A stretch of DNA of 57,949 nt, the filler included, from Sphacelaria rigidula (taxonomy: Eukaryota): NCBI GenBank assembly GCA_964200075.2. It is 9 parts of 9 records of this genome, joined end to end, with 100 filler letters (N's around TTAATTAATTAA, not from the genome) between each part and the next. Parts side by side here need not be neighbours in the genome. Positions count along the whole stretch, not along the records: positions 45,152 to 51,500 come from CAXNAA020020611.1; positions 51,601 to 57,949 come from CAXNAA020020612.1; 7 more parts are not named here. One strand, 5' to 3'. The notes beneath the pieces are model-generated. The model saw only the letters and a program-made list of their open reading frames with translations, had not been told where the DNA came from and made no database searches. The position numbers and the translations under genes were made by a program. This document shows, piece by piece, positions 48,501-57,949 of this stretch; position 1 is the first letter of the stretch, and each line of letters opens with the position of its first letter.

Positions 48501-50281
48501 GGGTACGGGTATGTTCAAGAGTGGATGGAATTCTCTCACAGCTTACAGAACTGTCGAGTACCGCATAGAACTATCACACAACGTATGAAACCTGTCGACA
48601 GGGTACGATACGGAGGTTGCACAGAAAAACCCTTACTCGCACCCTGGTATTTCCACAAGTGTTTGGTACAGGCTGGTTCAGATCGAATACCCACAACTTA
48701 TTCCCCGGCTGATGAGGAACGCGATACCCAGCCAATACACACAGATGTGGAATCATACTGGCTGCAATAGACATACAAGAGGGTGACATAGCCAGAGTTT
48801 TGTTTAAGGCTATAGCGGTGGCGCTATGGAGAAAAGTATGTCTCGACCAATCAGCGCCCTTCAAACTGCTCCGAAATTGAAAAAACGAATTTCAAGCCCA
48901 ATTTCCACCGAATCTCCACATGGTTAGGATCGTAGTAGCCGCCATCAGCTGGGGAATCTAACGGGAGAAACAGAGTTGAAAACGGTTTCAACGGGGTCGC
49001 ATTTTGCCCGGAACCGTAATGTTTCGGTGATGTAGAGCTTTGGCGTCGTCTAATATTCACTCATGATACGTACAAAATACCCACGGAGCCTCGTGACGAT
49101 TTCCTTGTATCTGTTGTAAAAAAGCTCACATCATCCTCAAACTTGGCAGTTCAGTAGGTATTGATGCTCCAGATGAAAAAATTGTATTCTTGGCAAGATT
49201 TCAAAGTTTTTCCGTTCTCTATCGGCTTCCGGGGGTCCCAGCATAAAGTTAGGTGGTATCCCAAGGAACATGTGCATCAATTCTCGTTGCTCAACTCGAA
49301 AAACTGAATCGGCTGGGTCTTGTACCGTAAGAAGAACCCTCAAAAAAGGCGATTCTGTACTTCAATCAAGTGATTAGGGGGGCACGCAGACTTCAGCGCA
49401 CGTTTTGGCGTTTTCTGACGCCGTTTTTTCGAGTTAGACGACGAAAAATTGCACACATGTTCTGGAAGGTGCTATGTAAGACTCGGAGACCGTTTTTTCT
49501 TCTTTCTAATTTTCAATTTTTCGTGTTGGTGGCTTTTTATCCAAGGTCGCGGTTGACCTACTTGACCGGGGGAGGGGTCAGATCCCGACTATCTCGACAC
49601 CAACAGAAAAAAAACGGTCTTCGAGTTTTAGATAGTGCCCTCAAGAACATGGGTGCAAATTTTCGTGATCTAACTCGAAAAAACGGCGTGAGGGAATGCC
49701 GGGAAATGAATTTGGGGTATTCAATCTGGACCAGCTAGTTTACTCCCACCCCGAGGAAGAGCAAAATTTTCGTACAGATCTTACAGAACTATCGGGGCAC
49801 CGGCATGAAAGGCTTAGAAAACTTAGTCGGGCACGGTAACACTCGGGTAAAAGCCCCGGGTATACAAAACAAATTGTACCCTACAGAACAACACCTTACA
49901 TCTGGAAATGTTTGTGTACAAGTATCAAGTGGATACGGGGCGACACGCCAGTTAGCACTGGTGGAGACTAGGGACGGAAATTCCCTCTCCCCCAGCAAGC
50001 ATGATTAGGGTACCCACCAAGCAAAACGCGGGGTACCCACTATGCTAACACAGGGTACGCACCAAGCTAATACGGGGTTACCGACGAGCTAATACGGGGT
50101 TACCAACGAGCTATAATAATACGGGGTACGCACCGAGCGAATGCGGGGTACCACCAAGCTAACGCGGGGTACCTACCTCTTCTTCCTCTCCCTCCGCGCC
50201 TTCCACGCCTTCCGCGCTCTCTACGCCTTCTACATCCACTGCCACCAAGTCTTCTAGGTCCTCTGAGTCTTCCTCCACACC
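45506..50281 (-). CDS. Two internal exons encoding acidic low-complexity sequence
   Basis: 50281-50177 (CAG|GVEEDSEDLEDLVAVDVEGVESAEGVEGAEGEEEE|GTAGGT) and 45654-45506 (CAG|VEETRPSTRELTASPSPDIASGPESSEDEELERENLEMEQADPAAKLMH|GTAATG); phase-0 compatible. Confidence 0.6.
46263..46584 (-). mobile_element. tRNA-derived SINE family 1
   Basis: Full-length homologue with A and B boxes and an A tail (T run 46263-46273). Confidence 0.88.
47211..47528 (+). mobile_element. tRNA-derived SINE family 1
   Basis: GCGACCCGGCGGTGTAATGG...GGTTCGATTCC...GAGGAAGGGGAGAGGTTAAAGGTGAG followed by poly(A). Confidence 0.88.
49411..49694. repeat. ~90-bp inverted repeat (MITE-like)
   Basis: ACGCCGTTTTTTCGAGTTAGA...GACCGTTTTTT is mirrored by AAAAAACGGTC...TCTAACTCGAAAAAACGGCGT. 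Confidence 0.75.
50007..50173. repeat. ~22-bp intronic minisatellite, about 7 units
   Basis: GGGGTAC(C/G)CACCAAGCTAA(T/C)AC-like units abutting the 50177 splice donor. Confidence 0.85.
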
Positions 50282-50769
50282 CTGGATGAGAAAAAAAAAA
50301 ATGGAACAAATTATTCACCACAGATATAAATAATTTTTGGGGGCATGACAAATAGTAATTTTTTCAACGAAGGAACCAGGACAGAATGAAAGAACACAAA
50401 CAAAGCGAGACAAAGCCACACACAGACAGAATGCACAAACTGGGTAAAAGAAAAAATGAGGAATCCTTTACATACAACTGTGATTTCTACTTCTATGTTT
50501 CATTTACCCTCCTGCCCTGTGATAGTGTGTCAGTATCCACAAAACAACCCGGAAAAACGATGCTAATTATAAAAACACACTAAAAAAAAAAAAAATCGAG
50601 TAATCAACCCTGGAACTTCAAAACTGTCACCGGAGAGGGAGACCATTTTCCTTTCATTACAGGACGCATCATGCACGTTCTTCAATAACCGTACTTGTTT
50701 CCTGCTTTTTCTTCTATTTTTATTTTTTACAGGCTGGGCCGCCCAAGAAGCCACCAGGAATGTTGAAAC

Positions 50770-51410
50770 GCATTTTCTTCGCTCAATTTTGGATCGTTTT
50801 CGATGAAATTTTGACACGATGTACAGGACGTATGTGTAAACACCTCATCTTCCATCCCCTGTTTTGGTTTCTTTCTTCTTCGTGAATTATTGGCAATTTT
50901 GTTCCGTAGAAAATGTTCTGAGATGTTTCTTCGCCAATGACTCACGAAGAAAAACAAACAAAACCAGGGGATGGAAGGTGAGAAGGTGAGCTGTTCGCAC
51001 ATACGTCCTGTACATCGTGTCAAAATTTCATCGAAAACGGTTCAAAATGGAGCGAAGAAAATGCATCATTCCGTCGACAAGCGGTTGCTTTAGTATATGG
51101 AGGTGGATCAGTTACGAATATTTCAAACACATTTCCTGCGCTCAATTTTGGATACTTTTCGATGAAATTTTGACACGATGCACAGGATGTATGTGCAAAT
51201 ACCGAACATTTCCTCCGATGTTTGTTTTTGTCTTTCTGCGTGAGTTATTGGCGATTTTGTTCCGTAAAAAATGTTCTGAAATGTTCCGTCGCCAATAACT
51301 CACGAAGGGAAGAAAAAAAAAAACACACGGGAGGAACGAAGGGGTGTTTGCACATACTTCCTGTACATCATGTCAAAATTTCATCGAAAACGACTGAGTA
51401 TTGAGCTCGG
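50770..51410. repeat. Two tandem ~290-bp units, each with ~70-bp inverted arms
   Basis: TTTTCGATGAAATTTTGACACGATG.ACAGGA / CCTGTACATC.TGTCAAAATTTCATCGAAAAC pairs at 50770-51064 and 51130-51410. Confidence 0.75.
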
Positions 51411-52753
51411 GAGTTGTGCCACGACTTGTGCGGCACCACGTGGCACAAAACTGACTGTAACCGAAAATCCAATCTCAGCCGTTTTCTCTTGGCTAATTCC
51501 NNNNNNNNNNNNNNNNNNNNNNNNNNNNNNNNNNNNNNNNNNNNTTAATTAATTAANNNNNNNNNNNNNNNNNNNNNNNNNNNNNNNNNNNNNNNNNNNN
51601 CTTCCGCTTTCGCCCCGGGCCTTGCCTCCCCTAAAACTTTTTGTCCTGGTCCTTCTTGGGGGAGATGGAGGCCCCCCCCCCCCCCCCCCCTCCCAAAGGA
51701 GCACATCTTCGTGAGATAACGTATTGAAACAAACAGTGGCAATGTCTGCTCTACACAGCCGCTTTCGATACTCGTACATAACTTCTATATCCGATAATTG
51801 TGCGTACAACGTTCAGAGAAGAAATACATGAAAGTGTCGGCAGTTTTCCTATTGGTCAACATCGGTATGTCGCTGATTTTTCGCCAAATCAACCAGTCAG
51901 TCCTTGAGGGGCCGTGCAACGTGAGGTACGTACATGTCGGATCCCCTTGGGAAAGCCACAGGAAGCACACAACATCTCTCCGCTGCGGGCGGCGGATCTG
52001 CTACATGGGCGCTGTTAAAAAAATCCACGTACGCCTATTGCAATAGGGTATAACGACAAACTGGTGGCGCTGCAAGAGTGCGGTGCTACGCACACAACGA
52101 CCCCGCGGGGAACCACTCACGGCAACACTTCAATTATGTGCCGACGAGATGTGGAGTAAATCTTCAAATCTTGACAAGATGGACTGCCATCGGCCAAACC
52201 AAACTAAACGACAACAACGCCGACACCGATACCGACACCACCAACATCCCCACAACCACCACAATCACAACGACAACAAATTCGATTTCATTACAGCCGA
52301 AAACAATCTCACACCCGAGAATATGAACACGCCAAGGAGGTGGGGCAAATCAAAATGTACCAAACAATTTTTCACGAAAAAAAAGAAAAAAGCAAAAAAG
52401 AAGAGCACAGGATAAACTGACCCCCACAACCAATCCGATGCTCGGACTCTTTCTTTTTCTTGGGCCAATCAGAAGACTGCGTGGGTCATCTTTACCCTTG
52501 TGTCTGCCAGTGAGCACGTACATTAGATCCGAGACGAGCAGGTCAACGTACACCTCAAACGTGTAAGAAATCATTGAACACCAGGGCAGGGGAAAAAATC
52601 AAATTATCACCAATATAACGAAATGCCAGTTGTAAACTGTAATCTGACCAGTGCACACAAGACCAACTCAACAACAATGCCCCCCCCTACGAGCAAGGAA
52701 AATAGTGGAAACCGTTTGATTGCAACGGAGAACAAACCACACCCTGGAGAAAG

Positions 52754-52905
52754 ACAATATATGGTCAATGGTAAAATAGACACGAAAAGCACTGCGTAAA
52801 GTGTAGGCCTGTTGCGACTATTGTCGGCCGCCGACAAAAGTCGCAATAGGCCTACACTTTGCGCAGTGCCTTTCGTGTCTATTGCAACTATTGACCATAT
52901 ATTGT
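52754..52905. repeat. 152-nt near-perfect palindrome (foldback MITE or pre-miRNA-like hairpin)
   Basis: Arms of ~75 nt centred on TTGTCGGC-C-GCCGACAA, about 90% complementary. Confidence 0.9.
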
Positions 52906-53141
52906 TCAACGTGTGGAACAATCCGACAGATGGGCCGAAATTTTTTCGAGGAAATATTTCCATCTTTTTCCCGAACAAAAAATGGATGAAAAACACAATT
53001 TCTCTCTCCTCCCTTCCTTCTGGGGCGTTTCAGCACTCACCCGGCGCAAAATTATCGATCACCTTGCAGCTCAATAGGCCATGGCTGTGTGTATACATGT
53101 ATATACTATATAAATATGTGTGTGCCCGCGACAACCTTCGC

Positions 53142-55555
53142 TCACTGCTGCAACTTTTGTTGACAACCATGGCATAGCGTCACGGTAGCGGGTGCTCCTG
53201 GCGGTGCCCGTGGTGCTTCCTCGACCACCATCTTCACCCTTTCCTGACCGCGACCATGGCCGCTGCTGCGTTCCATTCCACTTCGGGTCTTGAACCTAGC
53301 TGGCGTTACATATTTCGGCGGGGGCATCTCCTTCTCAGACGGAACAGACCGGAAATTTCTGAGTGCTGACGAAGTGACCAGGGATGTGTACCTAGGCGGC
53401 GGAGTGTCACCACTGCTGTCTCCATCCGCCGTCGCCGTCGCCGCCGCGTGGAATCTACCGGGTGTCGTCTTGGGATTATTATCAGGATTCGGTGCCCATT
53501 CTCGGCGCGCCAGTCTCAGCGGCGTGATGTACCCCGGTAACTCCTCCCCCTTGTCGTCATCCGCGTTGGACGACGCGGACGAATTGCTGGGAGAAGCGAC
53601 TGCCGCGCTCCGTCGCGGCAGGGACGACGGCCGAACATGCTGCGCCGATCGTTCTCTAGGCGTAGGCACCTCCAATCCGCTGAACACCGTCTCCAGCTTG
53701 GGAGCGACGTACGCTGGCTTCTTGTAGGTTGCAGGCGCGCCCACCACGCCTCCTCGCGCATTATCCGGTGTTTCCTGACCCGACAACCGATACGTTGTAT
53801 TGCCGACTGCATTCGGTAAGGGCACGGCTGACTGCGGGTGTGGCAAATACACCGCCGGTATTCCCCCCTGCGCTGCTGCTGTCACTACTGTCCCCCTTTG
53901 CTCCTCGCCCTCGAATGTCCCCATCCCATAACGCCCGTAGTTTCGGTTACTGGGCGGTGTCTTGTATCGCGGAAGCTCCCGCGCTGTCGCGGCCTCCAGG
54001 ATATCCTCGATCTCCGTAGATTCCATGACCCCCCGCCAGATTTTCGAGGGTGTGGAGTGCTGCTGCTGCTTCCAAGACCAGATATCTGTCTCAACCTCCA
54101 CCGCCGATGAGAATTCCGCAGCCTCACCACCGGCGCCGCTGCCCTGCGAAGGTATCTTTCCGGGTGTCGACGCACTCGGTGGCGGGTAATACGCCTCGTG
54201 CCTCGAGTAGCGTGCCGTTGAGCTGAGTTCCAAACTCTTGCCCCGGCGTCGTTTGCTCATCGCGGATGTCGCGCGGCCGTCGCCGCTCGGGACGTTCGGG
54301 GACGGAGTGTTGTACGTTTCCGTTGCCGGCGATCCAACACCGGCGACGCTGTGACGGCGAAAACCCTTCCCCTGCGCCACATACTCCGTCCTAGGGATGA
54401 CCATAGTCCTGGCGCTCTCCTCAGGCGTTCCCGGGCGATCGCAGGAGGATCCACCTCCAGAAAGTGGCGGCGGTATGATGTGCTTCTGCCAGTCTTCCGC
54501 CATTTGCCACTCATCCGGAGTACTCGGTTTGATGTCCCGCATCCATTTCGCCGGCGTCTCGTGCTTGGGCGGAGGAACCGACGCCCTCCTCGTCATGAAA
54601 TTTTGCCCCTGCGGAGATGTCTTTGCGGTCCGCGCCCCGCGTGGAAGCTTCGCCGGCGTGATGTATTGGGGCAGCTCCTCCTGCTCATCTTCCTCTTCCA
54701 CATCCATTTGCTCCGAGTAATGGGACTGTAGCGATCCATTCAAGGAATCTTCATTGTTGATCCCGCTCCCGCTCCCGTCCCTGCCGCCGCCGATGCCGAT
54801 GCCATTGGCGCGTTCCGGCTGCACCAGCGTGGTATATCTCGGCTGCACGCCATCAATGTGGGTTTCATCCGTCGCCTGGGAAGTGGACTTCTCTCCCGAT
54901 TCTAAAGTGCTGCTCATCAGCGGCGAGCTCGCCGCGGCGGAATCTTCCGAGGCCGTCGATTTCGGAGCCCGTTTTTTCATCGCTCCCTTTTGGAGATGAC
55001 CCCTACTGCCCAACCCCTCCTTGCTCAGACCGTGCTCGCGGCGCGTGACGATTTCGATTTCTCTCGCTCGTGCCGCTCCTTCAGAGATCGAAGACTGGCG
55101 TGCTGGCTGTCGAGGGTAAGCCGTCTCGCAGTCCCCGCTCATCGTACCGCCGCCGCCGTCGCCAGCAGCACCGTCACTATAATCCGCGCCATGGCTACCC
55201 CCACCCCGAGAAGTACACCCCTCATCGGCAGACACCCCCTCCGCACGACTATCCTCACTCCGCTTGCTCGCGAACTTGCGCTGTAAGGCACGCTGCTTCC
55301 GACATCTCATCACACACCAGCACCCGAAGGCGGCGATGATGAAGGTCCCGGCGAGAACTACGCAAAGCACCTCCACCCACGAGACCGTCGATCGGGCCTC
55401 AGTGCCCTTGACCGCCGCGTCCATGGCTTCCCCATCGTCGGGAACCCCTCCCAGGATCGGTGAGGGCGTTGGTATGATGGCGAAACCGCTTCCCGTGGCA
55501 GACGTTGTCGCTGCTGGGGACGGATAATCCGTGTTTCGACTTTGGCCCACAATAC
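53142..55555 (-). CDS. Terminal exon of a single-pass membrane protein with a ~720-aa disordered cytoplasmic tail
   Basis: Acceptor CGCAG|GT ATT at 55555 (phase 1), then 804 codons to TGA; S/T/P stalk, TM WVEVLCVVLAGTFIIAAFGCWCVM followed by basic RCRKQR; GC-rich and stop-free over 2.4 kb. Confidence 0.88.
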
Positions 55556-56743
55556 CTGCGGTCTCCAACGTCGTCGTTTTATTTCGTTTCGTTGCCAAAC
55601 CAAAGGAAGCAGCGGAACGGAACGACACAACGACACGAACACACACACACAGAACGCGCCCAGATGAGGAAGGAAGACATTTATCATCGTTGCAGATCAA
55701 TACGAGAACAGGGTTCGATCGACATTTTGACCCCCCAAAAAGAAGGGAAAGACGGCACCGACACTTTCGTTGATATTTTAATAACAGGACGATACACACG
55801 ATACTTGTACTTGATCTCGATTCGATATTCCGCTGCATTGTGTCTGTCAGAGTAGGTAGAATGAACAGCAGTATGATAGGTAGTACATAGACTATTAAAG
55901 CGCAGGCTCTAGTATACAATGAACGAATGCCACACGAGAGCGCTTTAGCATTGGGATATGAAAAGCAGTTCCTGTGTATGCGTCACGAAATGACGGTACC
56001 GATATTTTTGGGGTCGTGGTTAAAAAAAACGATTATCGGTATCATGGGTGTTTTAGTTGTCAATAGCTACCAGTAGGTGGAGGAATGCAACCATATTTGT
56101 AGGTACCAAGATTTTTAATTTTCCGGGTTATCGTCCCCAATGAAAAGCTCCATGCTCGATTTCGAGGTTCGCCTATTCTTGGAAAAAAAATCGTACGCGA
56201 TCCTTAATCCGACAATCAGTGCGAGGTGCAAGTTTTGGACTCTTTCACCGCCACGATGGGTCATGTATACAATCGGCATCACTCTCCACGGAAACAGTGG
56301 AAATATGATGAGACTCACGTGGCCCACCCTGGTGATCAAGAGGCCATACACACAAACAAAAACAGAGGGTGTGTTTTCATTTCACTGGAATCCGTTGACA
56401 CGTTCTTCAGATCACTCTTCCTCTGATGTAACTGTCTACTGATAGTTGCATCGTTACGCTACCTCGTTCATTCAGAGATATTTGTCAAGCGGGGATCCTG
56501 GGACAAAGAAAAGGCAGTGGTGAAATAAATACAAGCATTGATTGCGCTGCACAAGCTGTGAAAGCGATCTTATGTATATGGGCCACTGAAGAACTCTTGT
56601 TCTTCATGCTCGCGAAGAAAAATTGGAATGTTTACAGCCGCTTCTCAGGCCGTATCGATGCAGAATACAAAAAATACGATTGCTCACGAAGTCTGTTAAC
56701 GTTGAATTTTATGTGATTGGTCGGTTCGATACCCCCCTCCCTC

Positions 56744-56869
56744 CTTCGCGCTTGGTGATTGAGTGCGAGCCTGGTCCGGCGAAAACCCGGCGTGCTCCGT
56801 CCCGGCCTTGTAGGGATGCGAGGTCAATGGTCCCATGACTATGGCAGGCATGATCATGAGTACACCCCC
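56744..56869 (+). mobile_element. C-tailed element, complete ~120-bp copy
   Basis: CTTCGCGCTTGG...GCCTGGTCCGGCG...ATCATGAGTAC-ACCCCC; flanks acccccctccc / acccccgtccc look like a degenerate TSD. Confidence 0.82.
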
Positions 56870-57777
56870 GTCCCCTGCCGCCCCCAAGAAGACATGAAGA
56901 AGTCTGTTTGCGCGAACCAACACTCTGTTTTCCGCGAAGGGTAGCATGAACGTGGTAGCCGCAGGGGCTGTGGACACATGGCGCAGTTGTGACACAAACC
57001 CCAACACGACAGTATATGAAACTACGAATGCCCCTACCCGAGCCAACACGAGGCACAAACCTCAACCCTTGGGGAACCCTCCCCTCCCATCCCCGTTCCA
57101 GACGCCTCATTATTTCAAGTGCTGACAAAGAACGAAAGATGGGAAAAGAAAACACCGTCAACAACCACTTTCACGGCGGAAGGCCACAGAAGAATCCACC
57201 GGCATACATCATGCTCGCACCAAAAATGTCGCCCCGGTGCGATCGGATTAGTTTTTATCGAATGAAGGGACGCAACGGGTCAAGTACGTTCACGTTTGTG
57301 CTCGCAGTAGAAACCAGCACCACCTGTACATTTTCTAAATATTTAGTCCCATGTGGCACTGCGGCATACATTTCTTTCGGCGAGGCATCCCACCGGAGTC
57401 TTGTTGTGCTGCAGTCCGGAGGTCGTACCCGCCCAACACTCGGCGAGCGTGTTGAGCCACATCACAGAAACGACGTATCATGACCGAGCACACTGAAATC
57501 CCCTCACCACACGTGAGAGGATTGAGGTGCGAGGCAGTATTAACGCGATTCACCGCCAGTTGGAGGCGGTCGCGGGTATGAAGAACACGCCTTGGGCAAA
57601 GTCGTGGTCCTCGGAAGCTGGAGACAATGCACAAAATCATGTTGAAAAACAGCACCTCGAAATCAGCACTTTTCCATTGCCAGGGCCGAAAGGGTTAGGC
57701 CGTAGCTGCTCATCACCTGGACACGTGGTGCTTTCTGTGCCTTGGTCAAATCTTTTCAGTTAAACGAGAAACGTATT

Positions 57778-57949
57778 GCGACCCGGTGGTGTAATGGTCC
57801 GACTGTCGCCGTCAGGGTGGAGAGATCGAGGGTTCGATTCCCGATACGTTGGGTTTTTTCTTCGTGATGTCTGATTTCCACCGTGGAAAGCGTGGGAACG
57901 TGAGTAAACAAAGTAGTCGACTGAGTTTGTGTGACGTGAGTTGACGCGG
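57778..57949 (+). mobile_element. tRNA-derived SINE family 1, 5' half at the window end
   Basis: GCGACCCGGTGGTGTAATGG...GGGTTCGATTCCCG...CGTGGAAAGCGTG. Confidence 0.88.

Noticed and set aside
48705..48770. CTGATGAG...GCGATAC minimal hammerhead
   Set aside because: GATA replaces GAAA and there is no helix I partner.
50007..50173. CRISPR-like array
   Set aside because: Units are contiguous with no unique spacers and the context is a eukaryotic intron; it is a minisatellite.
55556..55919. First ~120 aa of the 925-aa ORF
   Set aside because: Composition is intron-like (GT repeats, T runs) and there is a good acceptor at 55556-55557, so this is probably open intron.
56200..57620. Upstream exons of the membrane-protein gene
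   Set aside because: Several AG/GT-bounded candidates exist (about 57618-57555 and 57410-57325), but no unambiguous phase-consistent chain to 55555 could be built by eye.

Overview
This window is not one locus. It is nine size-sorted contigs of 6351, 6351, 6350, 6350, 6350, 6350, 6349, 6349 and 6349 bp joined by artificial 100-nt N/TTAATTAATTAA spacers, so nothing can be inferred across spacers. The DNA is eukaryotic, intron-rich and repeat-dense; a brown alga or related stramenopile is my inference from repeat and intron style only. Mobile DNA includes a dead Ty1/copia element carrying four nested retroposon insertions, an RTE LINE remnant, three tRNA-headed SINE families, a non-autonomous LTR element inside a foldback element, a Helitron-like end and many MITE-like inverted repeats. 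There are pieces of about six spliced genes. These include a Cys-rich GCC2/GCC3-type repeat protein, a polyproline protein with ULM-like motifs, and a single-pass membrane protein whose long tail carries repeated [LP]PxY motifs. The most novel signal is a set of short insertions sharing a structured 3' terminus (...GGCAAGCA..ATGAGTAC) followed by poly(C) instead of poly(A), with 8-14 bp target-site duplications at C-rich sites. It is a candidate C-tailed retroposon system whose autonomous partner is not in the window. All alignments were made by eye.
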